This document shows positions 25,502-38,577 of a stretch of DNA of 64,000 nucleotides, piece by piece (positions within the stretch are counted from its first letter, which is position 1; the number at the start of each line of letters is the position of its first letter). The notes below the pieces were generated by a model. It was given only the letters and a program-made list of their open reading frames with translations. It was not told the origin of the DNA and ran no database searches. This stretch comes from Octopus sinensis (lineage: Eukaryota). Location of the stretch: the NCBI RefSeq assembly GCF_006345805.1, contig NC_043007.1:24490001-24554000 (forward strand), read 5' to 3'. The position numbers and the translations under genes were made by a program.

Positions 25502-25633
25502 TTACCCTCACCAAGGAGGTTATGCTTTTGCTGGTGTTGGTTTGGGGAATTGAACGATTTTCAGCATGCGTGTATACGGGTGGAAATGAGCAGCTTGGCA
25601 GAGCTCTGCGCTCGCCAAGTGCTTTTCCAGTTT
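25502..25633 (+). mobile_element. Second, internally deleted HINE-like copy
   Basis: ACCCTCACCAAGGAGGTTATG head and CTTGGCAGAGCTCTGCGCTCGCCAAGTGCTTTTCCAGTTT 3' end. Confidence 0.5.
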
Positions 25634-25975
25634 ATTCCGTTTTTTGTATTTATTTTGCAATATTTTTGATGAGAACTTGTGCATTGAAGCTGATTTTGTT
25701 TGTCCCAGGAGGGTCTTTATGCCAATGACAGACATAAAAGCATGGAAAACAGACATTAAATGACAACAATGATGATGATGATAATGACAATGGTGATGAT
25801 GATGATGATGATGACTCTCCCATTTCATGATATTCTTTTACTATAGTCCAACCCATGCTAGCATGGAAAACGGATGCTAAACAATGATGATGATAATGCC
25901 TTCTGCGATGGTCCCTTTTGTGACATGTGAATGGTCATACAGTTCTATATTTAAGAGATGAGGAATTATGTACAT

Positions 25976-26230
25976 TCTTTTACTCTTTTACTTGTTTCGG
26001 TCATTTGACCGTGGCCATGCTGGAGCACCGCCTTTAGTCAAGCAAATCAACCCCAGGACTTATTCTTTGTAAGCCTAGTATTTATTCTATTGGTCTCTTT
26101 TGCCAAACCACTAAATTGCAGGGATGTAAACACACCAGCATTGGTTGTCAAGCAATGTTGGGGGGACAAACACAGACATACAAACATACACATACACACA
26201 CATATGTATATATACATACATACATACATA

Positions 26231-26292
<62 letters not shown>

Positions 26293-26450
26293 GATGGGCT
26301 TCTTTTAGTATCCGTCTACCAAATCCACTCACAAGGCTTTGGTTGGCCTGAAGCTATAGTAGAAGACACTTGTCCAAGGTGCCATGCAGTGGGGTTGAAC
26401 CTGGAACCATGTAATTTGTAAGCAACCTACTTACCATGCAGCCACTCCAA
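25976..26450 (-). mobile_element. SINE A
   Basis: Reverse complement of the A consensus. Confidence 0.85.
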
Positions 26451-26997
26451 CGCCTTACATTATTTACATTTGATGGATATTTGTCCTCATTTTGTTTGTT
26501 GTTAATGGTCAGCCTTTATTGTAAGATAATATAACAGGAGTCAAAGTCTGGTCATTTAACTGATACGGTATCGTCGTGTGTTCTAGGAAAAAATGCTTAT
26601 TACTTTTATTCAAGTGTATTTTCACCCATCCCTGCACTTTTTAATAAACCACACCAACCTCTCAAAGACGAACCTTACAAAAAGATAAAATCAATGTTTA
26701 AGGGTTAGGTTTAGGGTTAAGGATGTGTGCGCTTAGATCTTTTATCATTATTTTCCACTTGTCTCAATCATTGGGCTGCGGTCATGCTGGGGCAACTGTC
26801 TTGTAACATTTTAATCAATCAAATCAACATCTGTTCTTATCGTTTGCTTTTTAAGTCAGGTACGTATTTTATCAGTCTCTTTTTGCCAAACTGCAAAGTT
26901 ACAGGGGTATAAACAAACAACATTGGTTGTCAATTGGGCTGCATAAATATACATACGATGGGCACAGGTGTGGCTGTGTGGTAAGAAGTTCGTTTCC

Positions 26998-27212
26998 GGC
27001 GGTGAGCTGGCAGAAACATTAGCATGCCGGGCGAAATGCTTAGCGGTATTTCATCTGCCGTTACATTCTGAGTTCAAATTCCACCGAGGTCGACTTAGCC
27101 TTTTATCCTTTCAGGGTCGATAAATAAAGTACCAGTTATGTACTGGGGTCTATGTAATCGACTTTAATCCCTTTGTCTCTCCTTGTTTGTCCCCTTGTGG
27201 GCAATAAAAAAA
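26998..27212 (+). mobile_element. SINE B inserted in a SINE A head, 16-bp TSD
   Basis: TAAGAAGTTCGTTTCC (26982-26997) / TAAGAAGTTTGTTTCC (27213-27228). Confidence 0.9.
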
Positions 27213-28259
27213 TAAGAAGTTTGTTTCCGAACCAAACAGCTTCAGGTTCAGTCACACAGCATGGTACCTTGGGTGCGTGTCTACTATTATAGCCCTAGGC
27301 CTTCATTTCCCAAACTTCTGAGACATGTCCGGACATTGAGAAGTATTACCTTAGCTGAGAACAGGCAAGAGTTGGTGACAGGAAGGGCATCCAGCTGTTG
27401 AAAAGTTCCCCTTAATAAAATTCTGTCTGACCCATGCAAGCACAGGAAAGTGAATATCAAATGATGATGATGGTGATAAGGATGATGACGATGCTGATGT
27501 TTCCGTCTACCAAACTCATTCACAAAGGCATTCATCGGGTATGTCAAAAGACACTTGCTCAAGGTCCCACATAATGGGGACAGAACCCCAAAACCATGTA
27601 ATTGCAAAATGAGCATCTTAACCACTCAGCCATCCCTACTCCGTAGTGTGTGTGTGTGTGTATACACATATATATGCAGATGCACATACACAAACACACA
27701 CAGATGCTCACACACACAAACACATGCACACACAAATACGCATTCACACACACACAGACACACACACACTCTCTCTCTCTCTTGCACACACACAAACACA
27801 CTTTCTTTTTCACATACACACACGCACTCTCACTTTCACATACACACACTCTATCTCTCACACACACAAACGCTCTCTCTCATACACACACACACTCTGT
27901 CTCCCTCACACAAACATACACTCTCTCACCCCCCCCCCACACACACACACACTCAAACGCAAACACACACACTCACATACACAGTTATGTGAATTTGTTA
28001 CAATCTTCAATCCTTACCAGGTGAAACCAGCATGGAAAGAACAGAGACATGGATGTCTAAATAGGTATGCATAAAAATATACAGTCATGCATCTGATCCT
28101 ATATCGACGATGGCTTTACAGTTGCTAATTTCTGACTTTTAATCTCATTTCCCTTTCCTTTCTTATTATTCTGCATGGTTCAGACTGAATGTATTGAGAC
28201 AGATTTTCTATGGCTGGATGCACTTCCTGTCACCAACCCTCACCTGCTTCCAAGAAAGG

Positions 28260-28620
28260 TTATATTCTTTTCTGCTCTAGGCACAAGGCCTGAAATTTTG
28301 GGAGAAGAGAGGGGGGCAGTCAATTACATCATCCCCAGTACGCAACTGGTACTTAATTTATCGACATTGAAAGATTGAAAGGCAAAGTTGACCTCGGCGG
28401 AATTTGAACTCAGAACATAAAGACAGACAAAATACCTATTTCTATTTCTTTACTACCCACAAGGGGCTAAACACAGAAGGGACAAACAAGGACAGACAAA
28501 CGGATTAAGTTGATTATATCGACCTCAGTGCTTAACTGGTACTTATTTAATCGACCTCAAAAGGATGAAAGGCAAAGTTGACCTCGGCGGAATTTGAACT
28601 CAGAACGTAAAGACAGACCA
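28260..28620 (-). mobile_element. SINE B body dimer
   Basis: Two body units joined at AAATACCTATTTC. Confidence 0.8.
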
Positions 28621-28946
28621 CAAGTACAAGTAAGTATGTGTGTTTGTGTGTGAGTATGTGTATGTGTGTGAAGGTGTATAGCCTCGGAGTTAGATTATTG
28701 TGCTCATGATTGCGGTGCATTGCGTTCTTGAGCAAGAGACTTCATTTCACATTACCCTGTGATCACTTCAACATCTGACACGTCCTACACTGTACACCTG
28801 TACAAACACCTCATGAGCTTATTGTGCAACGCAAACATTTGATCACTATAAGCAAATAATCTGCACAGGTTGCTCTACAAGACATTGTGGAATGTTCATC
28901 TGTCACTTATAATAGGAGAGTCCAATATACATACATGCATACGTAT

Positions 28947-29358
28947 AGGTGTAAGAGTGGCTGTGTGGTAAGTAGCTTGCTTACGAACTACATGGTTCCG
29001 GGTTCGGTCCCACTGCGTGGCACCTTTGGCAAGTGTCTTCCACTATAGCCTCGGCTGACCAAAGCCTTGTAAGTGGATTTGGCAGACAGAAACTGAAAGA
29101 AGCCCGCCGTATATATGTATATATATATATATATGTATGTGAGTATGTATATGTTTGTGTGTCTATGTTTGTCCCTCCAACAACACTTGACAACCGATGA
29201 TGGTGTGTTTACATCCCCATAACTTAGCGGTTCGGCAAAAAGAGACCAATAGAATAAGTACTAGGCTTATAAAGAATAAGTCCTGGGGTCGATTTGCTAG
29301 ACTAAAAGGCAGTGCTCCGGCATGGCCACAGTCAAATGACTGAAACAAGTAAAAGAGT
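28947..29358 (+). mobile_element. SINE A
   Basis: A consensus. Confidence 0.9.
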
Positions 29359-29737
29359 ATATATACATACATAAATACACACACATATATGTATGCATAT
29401 ATATATATATGTCTGTGTGTGTGCATGTTAGTGTCTCCTTGTTTTGACATCATGTGATAGTCGTAAAAGAGTGTCACTGTCTTACAAGCAGTGTCATTTA
29501 TTTCCAGTATTCAGTGAAAACATGTTACTGTTGGTGACAATAAGGGCATCCAACTATAGAAAATCTGCCTTGATACAATTCCTTCTGATTCATGCAAGCT
29601 TGAAAAAGTAATAATGATAATGATATACATGTATATACAACATACATACATATGTATGTATGTATGTATTGATGTATGCATATATATTATATATATATAT
29701 ATATACATACACACAGACACACACACACTTATATATA

Positions 29738-29946
29738 TTCTTTTATTTGCTTTAGCCATTTGACTGCGGCCATGCTGGAGCATTGCCTGTAGTCGAACAA
29801 ATCAACCCCAGGACTTATTCTTTGTAAGCCTAGTACTTTTCCTGTCGGTCTCTTTTGCTGAACTACTAAGTTATGGGGAAGTAAACGCAACAACATCGGT
29901 TGTCAAGCAATGATGGGGGGACAAACACAGACACACTCATATATAC

Positions 29947-29978
<32 letters not shown>

Positions 29979-30133
29979 GATGGTCTTCTTTCAGTTTCTC
30001 TCTACCAAATCTACTCACAAGGCTTTGGTCAGCCCGAAGCTACAGTAGCGGAACTTGCCCAAGGTGCCACGCAGTGGGACTGAACCCGGAACCAAGTGGT
30101 TGGTAAGCAAGCTACTTTCCGCACAGCCATGCC
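29738..30133 (-). mobile_element. SINE A (inverted partner of 28947-29358)
   Basis: Reverse complement of the A consensus. Confidence 0.85.
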
Positions 30134-30301
30134 TTAAAATGTATATAAACATAGGCACACATATTACATATATACACATGAATACACACACATACATTCG
30201 TACATAGGTTCAGGTATTACCTTGTGCTCTGTCTTCATATCTATGCGTGTGTATAAGTATGTATGGGTGTGTGTGGGTGGATGTTTGGGTGGGTGTACAT
30301 T

Positions 30302-30369
<68 letters not shown>

Positions 30370-30421
30370 AGATCGTTAGCCACTACACACATTTTTTTCT
30401 CTCCTTGTTTTTTCTGTGTCC

Positions 30422-30457
30422 CTTTCTGAAGAAGAGAGTAGGCTCGAAACGTAAAAG
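30422..30457 (+). ncRNA. Minimal PLE-type hammerhead motif
   Basis: Stem I CTTT/AAAG, CTGAAGA, A-GAG-agtagg-CTC, GAAACGT-A (ACGT palindromic stem III). Confidence 0.55.
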
Positions 30458-30547
30458 ACTTTTTCTATTCCTGAGCGTTATACTAATACATCTGTTTGTT
30501 TTGTACACCACTTGTCTTCGTCTTTTGTTGTTTTTTTCGTAAACCCT

Positions 30548-30585
<38 letters not shown>

Positions 30586-30692
30586 TATATATATAGTTAA
30601 TCCAAACAAGAAAACACAGAAAAAAACACAGCAACGCGAGGACGTGGAACAATTAAAGTATTATTTGACGCTCAGGAAAGAAGGGAAGGAGG

Positions 30693-30727
30693 GTTTAACG
30701 TTTCGAGCGGAGCTCTTCGTCGGAAAC
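30693..30727 (-). ncRNA. Minimal PLE-type hammerhead motif (variant core)
   Basis: Minus strand: stem I GTTT/AAAC, CCGACGA, A-GAGC-tcc-GCTC, GAAACGT-T. A truncated copy lies at 58185-58295. Confidence 0.5.
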
Positions 30728-31903
30728 AAAGGAGAAGGAAAGATCCCGAGAAGGGAAGACAGAGGAAAAAAATATTTTTGCTGGTAGTGCTCAAGAGATC
30801 ACATATACACACACACATTCTTACGTATATTGTACAAGACATACGTTATTCATACTTTATCAAGAAAGTAAAACTGAAAAAAAAAAAAGAAACATAGCCA
30901 GAACGGATATGATGTTTATAAACAAACTGATAATTCATTGTGTATGCGTTTGTTATACATGTGTGTGCGTGTGCCTGTCTGTGGATCTGGTGTATATGTG
31001 TATGCGTGGTATGTTTGTGTATGTGACGGGTGTGTGTGTTTCTGTGCGTGTTGTAGATGTTTAAGCGATATTATGTGTGTAACGTATATGAATATGAGTG
31101 TGTGTGTGTATGTGTGTGATCGTGTGGTATATGTATGTGCATCTGTAAATATTTGAGTCGTTTATGTATGCGGCGTATGTATGAAAGTGCGTTACACACG
31201 CGTGTGTGTATGTGTGCGTGTATGTGTGTGTGTGCGTGCGTGTGTATGAGATAGAGATAGAGAAAGAGAGAGAAGGTGAGACTGAGTGTATATGTATTTA
31301 TGTGCCGAATGTAGAAGTGTGTAACGAAGTATTTTCCTGTGGAAAAAGTTGAGAACTACTACTACTACTACTTATACCATCAATATTGCTATTACTAGTA
31401 ACAAACAGTACCGCCGCCACCACCACCACCACCACCACCATCATCATCATCATAACAAGTAGTGTTATTGTCGCCGTCGCCACCACCACCACCACCAACA
31501 ACAACAATAATAATAATCACAATTGTTTCTAATATTGGCAGAAGGCCAATAATTTCGCGGGAGTGGAATTTAGCCTATGGCTTGAACTCACTCAGTACTT
31601 TATTTTATCGATCTCGGGAGGATGGAAGGCAAGGCGCGAACAATCCTTTCTAATATAAACACAAGGCCTGAAATTTGTGGGAAGTTGGCGGGGGGGGGGG
31701 GCGTGGATTACATCGAACCCTCTGTTGCAACCCGGTACTTATTTCATCGATATCCCAGAAAGGGATGAAAGACAAAGTGGACCACGGCGGAATTTGAACT
31801 CAGAACGTTAAAAGCCAGTAGAAAGGCCACTAACCACTTTGTCCGACGTTGCCAACGACACTACAAGCTCGCCGCCTCAAAGACAACAAATAATAACCAA
31901 TTT

Positions 31904-31937
<34 letters not shown>

Positions 31938-32630
31938 GTCGCTTATAGTAAATGTTTCTAATATAGGCACAAGGCCACAATTTAGTTGGGGAGAGGATCA
32001 TAATAAGGCATTTTAATAAACCTCATAACAATATTTCTTTAAAAGAGACACTGATTCTGAAATGGAAAAAAGTAGAAGAAAGCCCTTTGCGGTAGCCTAG
32101 ATACCCCCCTTCTTTTTTATCTATATAATATATAAATAAAAATAACTTTAAATAACAAGAATAAATCTGGACTCACGATAGTCTATCTTTCTCTCTCTCC
32201 TTCTCTCTCTCTCTATCACTCATTCGACTTGCAGGAAATAGCAGCCAAATCTCCCTTTAATTACAGACTATCGTTTCAAACAAAGAAGAATGTATTGGTT
32301 TACTTTTCGCGAAAAGACAGGGTGATCACGTTCGAAAAATCTTTCATCACAGTTGTGTTTAATCAGAGTTGACCTGGTCCCTAAACATACATACTATATA
32401 AACTGGCCCCTAAACAACATACTATATAAACTGAATAAATTCTAGACGATCTTAAAATGAAAGGAATCCGCAAATTTACCAAACAGACAGGTGGGGATGG
32501 GGGGAAAAGTTAAGCTTAAAGGAAGGAAAAAAAGATATTGAAGATACTTGGTCGATATAGAATGGAAAAGATTTAAATAAGAAATTATACAATATTAATA
32601 TGATAATGAAAAGAAAAATTAGTTACTTAC

Positions 32631-32725
32631 GTTCCCAGAGTTTCTTTAAATTCATAACGTTTTTTGATATCCGTATCTCTGTTATGTTTCTTGTCAGCTT
32701 CGTGTTTTCTACTGAACAGTGGCAT
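32631..32725 (-). CDS. CAMK1: First coding exon of calcium/calmodulin-dependent protein kinase type I
   Basis: Minus strand reads MPLFSRKHEADKKHNRDTDIKKRYEFKETLG+AC, then GTAAGT. The MPLF start matches invertebrate CaMKI (fly CaMKI, worm CMK-1). DIKKxxEFKETLGT matches vertebrate CAMK1D just before the GAFS Gly-rich loop, where vertebrate CAMK1 genes also have an intron. 95 nt = 31 codons + 2. Confidence 0.92.
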
Positions 32726-32783
32726 GACAGAATTGGTAAATATCCACAAGAGTTGTTGATGGAAGAATTGGTTAGAATTAAAG
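32726..32783 (-). other. CAMK1: Probable 5' UTR part of the CaMKI ATG exon
   Basis: Nearest upstream AG on the minus strand is TATTGATAG (AG at 32785-32784). The polypyrimidine tract is weak, so the boundary is tentative. Confidence 0.45.
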
Positions 32784-33239
32784 CTATCAATATATATTTA
32801 TATATATATATATATGTTTATATTTATATTTATTTATCTATTGATCTGATAATGTGCCGATCTATAAATGCAATCTAGAAAATTTATCTATCTGTCGATA
32901 TATAGATGTGTATATTATATATGTATGTATTCATTTATGTTGATATGTGGAGAGATCATGTATGTATGTATATATATGTATAGTGTAAAATGTATGTATA
33001 CAATATAGGCTGTGTGCGTATATATATATATATAGATATATATATGTAAATATATATATATAAATATATATATGTTTATATATGTATATGTATGTGAGTA
33101 TATAATGTCAATGTATTTGTGTGTTTGTATGTATATATAAATGTATTTGTATGTGTATATAGGTGTATATGTATGTGTATATATATATATATATGTATAT
33201 ATGGTATGTGTGTGTATATGTGAATGACTATGTATGTGT

Positions 33240-33270
<31 letters not shown>

Positions 33271-34849
33271 TTATCAGTGGAAGTCAGATTTGTATAATGG
33301 TCACTAAAAAGGTAAATTATAACATCTACCGTTGATGTTGATATTTTCTATTGATATATATATATAACAAATAATGTGACACTGATTGATAAGAACGAAG
33401 ATCGAATCGGTAAATTCCGGAGTCTGCTTATTCTGTTCTTCAGTTTTGCTGTTATTTCAGCCGTAATTTGTGTCTCAAATTGACACTTCACAATCTCGGT
33501 TTGTTGGTTCAATTCTATATCCTGTTGCTTATGGCCTTGTTGTTATTATATATTTTTGAATCTATTTTGGAAAAATTCTTGCGTAGTTTTCTATTTTTTT
33601 TTAAATAAAATCTCTCTGTTGTAAAATAATTTTCTTTCTTTCTTTGAGTTTCTGTATATTTTCCTATATATTTTCTTTCTCCTCGGCTTTCGTTTTATGA
33701 ACTATGTATTTGTTATCGCTTTTTGGCTTTCCTGTTCATTCTGCTTAGAGTTTTATTTTTGCTGTTTTTTTTTGCTTTTAATTGTTTGTAGAATGAATTT
33801 CAAAGTTAATTAAGAGATAGAAAAGAACGATTAAATAAAAAAAAACAACCCCGAAAGAACTCCGGGCATTGAAAGTAAGAGAGAGAATTGAAGAGACAAA
33901 AGGAAAATTAGTTTTCCTTTAAACAAAATAAACCATGAGACAACATAATTGTGTGTATATCTGTGTACATGTATATAATGATATATATATATATAAGTGT
34001 ATGGATGTACGTGTGTTTTAAATGAAATAACCACGCGACAAATGACACTAATGTATGTTTATATCTACTATATATATATAGTATATGTTTATATGTATTA
34101 TATATGTCACAGTGTGTGTGTGTGTTTCTGTGTATGTGTGGTTGTATGTGTTTATAAAACTACTACAAAACTACGTTGCAATACTTTCTCTTCGGCTCTC
34201 TCATACACACACTGACTCGTATTATATACATACATATTATATACACACATACATACACTTCCACATTCTCTTTCTATCCTCTTATTGTCTCTCTCTCTCC
34301 CCCTCTCTTTCTCTCTCCCTCTCTTTCTCTCCCACGCGCATCAACCGATAGCAACTAACAAGTGTGTGTACAAGTGCGTGCATATATATACATATATATA
34401 TATGTGTGTGAGTGTGTGTGACAGAGTATGTATACGGCTTTGTATGTATCTGTGAATACTTATGCTATCTATATATGTATATATGTATGTGTATAACGTA
34501 TGCGTGTGTTTGTGTGTCAACAAACCTTCACCAAAGCCATACCGCGATCTTTGTAAGACTTTTCCTCTCTGTATGCCTGTCAGCCTGTCTTCAGTTCTCT
34601 CTACACAGTATTATGTATATACACGAATAGCATCTATATTATGTATACATTGCTAGCAGGACTAAACGCAGCAGCTAATAGGGTTACGTATCTTCTACAG
34701 GCACTGTCCACTACTAATTAAAGCCCTTGACTGCAAGGCGACCAGCCACTACTCGAGTAAAACAAACCGAAGGCCGCGCTACTAACACTACGTCTACTGC
34801 AATTCTACTGCACTTTGGCTGCACATCTACTGCTTGCCTCTTTCTGCTG

Positions 34850-34853
34850 AACA

Positions 34854-34893
<40 letters not shown>

Positions 34894-35360
34894 TTTTTCT
34901 TTCTTTCTTTCTCTATCTCTCTCTCTCTCTCCCTTATTCTTTCTTTCTTTTTCTCGCTCATACCTTTCTCGTTGACACACACACTCTCTCCCTTACACAC
35001 TTTCTATCTTAAACACACTCTCCTTCTTACACATTTCCCCATTTCTACACCCATACCCATACCAATTCTCTTTCTCTTTTACACTTTCTTCCATACATTC
35101 ACATTTTCCCTCACACGCACACATTCTCTCTCTCTCTCTCTTTCTTTCTCTTTCACATACTTTCTCCCTTAAACACATTATCAGACTTTCTCCCTTACCT
35201 ACACCCATGCTCTTTCCCTCCCTCCCTTACGCATACAATCTGTCTCTCTTTCTCTGTCTGTCTCCCCCCTCCCTCTCTCAAACAGACACAATCTTTCACT
35301 CTCTTTCTCTTTCTTTCGCGCTCTCTCTCTCCCTCTTTCTTCCCCCATCTCTCCTCTGTT
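34850..35360. repeat. Pyrimidine-rich (CT)n/(CA)n low-complexity tract upstream of the CaMKI ATG exon
   Basis: Direct reading of the sequence. Confidence 0.9.
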
Positions 35361-35552
35361 GATCAATCAACTATAGCAGCATTGTTCACCTGACACGAAA
35401 GGCTGCTTTTCAACTGCTCTTTCGCGATTCCACATCCCTACATCAGCTACGCGTTTGAAAGACACTGCTGCATCATTCAAGTGTCTGTCTTACACTCTAC
35501 TGCACACGTTACACACACACAGAAGCAAACACGCACGCTCACACACAACACA

Positions 35553-35587
<35 letters not shown>

Positions 35588-35953
35588 ATCTTACTCATTC
35601 ATTGACAGTTCGAGAAAGAATTTTTCCTGCACACCTTCTTCTATCTCTCCACTGCACACTCGAGATATTGTTTGTATAGCACGGGTTTTGATCTCCTGCA
35701 CTTTCTTGGCATATTGTGCTTTTTGATTGCATCTTCTCGATGCGACCATTCTATGAAGGCCATTTGCAGAAGGATGCATATGTTTTTCATTAATTCCTTC
35801 CTGCTAATATTGCATTTAATTAAACTGTGTATACATATGAACAGTGTGTTCCCTACCCAAGAAGAAGGATAACCACTTTTTGATATTGTTATGACCCTGC
35901 AAACCTCTCGCTATACTCTGCTAATTTCTCTCTTTCCCTCTGATCCTTCTACA

Positions 35954-36089
35954 CTCTCCTACCCTGATGTAATCTCCAGGGATACAGGCATCCAGCAACA
36001 GGACCTCCATAATGCTATGATGGACCGTGAAGTCTGGCGTAGCATGGTAAATTCCATTGTCTCGATCACGGTCGAACAATGATGATGAT
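35954..36089 (+). mobile_element. RTE-like LINE 3' end
   Basis: YPDVISRDTG...DLHNAMMDREVWRSMV then stop and (TGA)n tail, a typical RTE C-terminus. Confidence 0.6.
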
Positions 36090-36369
36090 CTACACTCTTC
36101 CCAAGCTAACCTCTCCCTATCACTTTCTCTAACCCTTACTTCCCCTGACAATCCTAACCCCACCTCTCTGACTATCCTAACCTTTTTCTCACCCTATTGT
36201 GTTACTTCAATGATCGGATCAGTCGCAAATAGCCACACCTTCATCTATCAGATTTTGAAGACTTACACCTCACATCGGTTATCTCTTGCTGTTTAGAACG
36301 CCTCCAAGACATTTGTCGTGTCGTGTAAGAGCACTTCCTAGCTATGTTGTTTACCTTTGCCAGTCTCTC

Positions 36370-36770
36370 ATCTTTTGGTTGGAAGTTTTGCGTCAGCCAG
36401 GACTGATCGACGGTCAGTCAACTTTGATATACCCGAGAAATCACTTTATATCTAACACAGTTTATTATGCACATACTGGTTTTTTTCCTGTCGTTTCTAA
36501 CAAAACACACTCCTACACAGATGGTACAACTCCTCGTTCCTATTTTAACCTTTGGCACATAAGTTTCATTCTACCACACAACCTATAAACACTTCGTATC
36601 AGAGCTGCAACGCTTCCACAACGATAACCTCTGAAAACATCCACCTCTGGATGCATTCTAATTGGTCAGATCGAATTACTGGAGGAGACCTTTTGATCAA
36701 TTTCAAATTGTACTCCATCATCTTAAAAATGAGGACCCACTGGATGATGCAGCCCTGGATACACTCTGAA
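36370..36770 (+). mobile_element. Degenerate RTE RT C-terminal remnant
   Basis: Broken frames give ELQRFH and WSDRIT..DLL, resembling the RTE LxRFH..CLR and WxDRITNxEVL motifs. Confidence 0.4.
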
Positions 36771-36803
36771 ATAAAAGACTGTACGCTCATGGCTGGAATA
36801 CCT

Positions 36804-37035
36804 ATTTCTTTATTACCCACAAGGGGCTAAACACAGAGGGGACAAACAAGGATAGACATAGGTATTAAGTCGATTACATCGACCCCAGTGCGTAACTGGT
36901 ACTTAATTTATCGACCCCGAAAGGATGAAAGGCAAAGTCGACCTCGGCGGAATTTGAATTCAGAACGTAACGGCAGACGAAATACTGCTAAGCATTTCGC
37001 CCGGCGTGCTAACGTTTCTGCCAGCTCGCCGCCTT
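36804..37035 (-). mobile_element. SINE B, 15-bp TSD
   Basis: ATGGCTGGAATACCT at 36789-36803 and 37047-37061. Confidence 0.9.
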
Positions 37036-38577
37036 AAATACCTTTTATGGCTGGAATACCTTTTATCATACATAGGTTTGCTTGATCAGGATTGACAAAA
37101 CAGTAATATGAAAAGTTGGCCAGAGGCACACTCATTAAACACGTAAAAGAAACAGTGCTGCAGTACTATATCCACTTTAATCGCAAACAACACACCACTA
37201 AATTCCTCAAAATCACTCGTCACACTCCCCGAATTTCTGACCATCCCTCATAGTGAACTCATAAATTTCATGACAAAATCGACATGAAAGGTCTGAACAA
37301 TAAACACTTTGTTCAAAAATTTATGCCCTCATATTGTTACCGTACTGGAATTTCCCCTTCATCCACATTTGTCATTCAGATATTGATCTGCAGGACTTAA
37401 ACTGAACACCACTCAGTTTGTTTTCACCAAATGCTCTTCAATAATGATGGACATCACTTCATACCTTCTAACTAATTAATATAAAAGTCTACGGGCCGCA
37501 GGCGTGGACATGGTTAGGAGAATCGTCTTGTAACCTCGTAATTTAGGGTACCTTTGGCAAATGTCTTCTGTGTGGTACCTTAGGCAAATGTATTCTAGTC
37601 TTGTCCCGGGCCAATCAATACCTTGTTAGTAAATTTGGTAGACAGAAACTGTCTTACACACACACACACGTATAACTCATATACGACGACGAGTGTTCCA
37701 GCTGATCCGATCAACAGAACAGCCTGCTTGTAAAATTAACGTGCAAGTGGCTGAGCACACCACATACATGCGTGCCCTTAACGTAGTTCTCAGGGAGATC
37801 CAGTGTGGCTCAGATTGTGACAAGGCTGGCCCTTTGAACTACATTTTGACCAGCTGAGTGGACAAGAGCAACGAGAAATAGAATGTCTTCCAGAAGGATA
37901 CAACGCCTTGCCGGGAATAGAACTCACGACTGTGAGCCGAATACCCTACTCCCTAAGCCATGCGCCTTACACACACACACATACCCATACTAACACAGAC
38001 ACGCACGCACATGTAAAAAGTGGAAACCGTGTAATATTCAAAGCTTTGAATAACATACACGTGTTTCAATAACACGACGAAATAATTACATATTAATAGA
38101 AGCATTATGTAATCATACATTTACCTCATCAGTGTCCCGCTATGATGACGAGCTGAAATGCATTGTTGCATAATGTTTTTACAATATTTACGTCACTATT
38201 TCAGTTTTTTGCTGAGGCGACTGTATATCCTGTTTTCTGCTTATTATTTCTTTTGGTATTTGGCTTTTATTCCACACTCTAGCCTATCCCAAGCTTGATG
38301 CTCCGCATTGTATTATATTTGATACTAGAGTGGATTTGGAATCTAATGCTGAGCCGGATTTTGGTTGGGTGTTGCATGTTACAATACCTCCTTTTGTGTG
38401 TGTATGTATGTCAGTGTTCAGTTTTATTTCAAGATTTCTTGCCAACAGAGAAATAGTCGGTTTCTAACCTAGATTGAAGGCTCCTTCATTGGAATTTCAA
38501 CATCAAACAACAGGGTATTTTGGTTTGTTTGTTTGTATGTATGTATGTACAGATTTGTATGTATTCTCATGCATATA

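Larger units (their letters stand above)
1..32630 (-). other. CAMK1: Large intron of CaMKI (acceptor outside window)
   Basis: Strong GTAAGT donor at 32630-32625. No GAFSEV/VAIKCI/ENEI-encoding exon was seen by eye in the unique stretches downstream. Confidence 0.65.

Noticed and set aside
31370-31520. Poly-V, poly-M and poly-S ORFs
   Set aside because: These are trinucleotide microsatellites (ACC, ATC, ACT).
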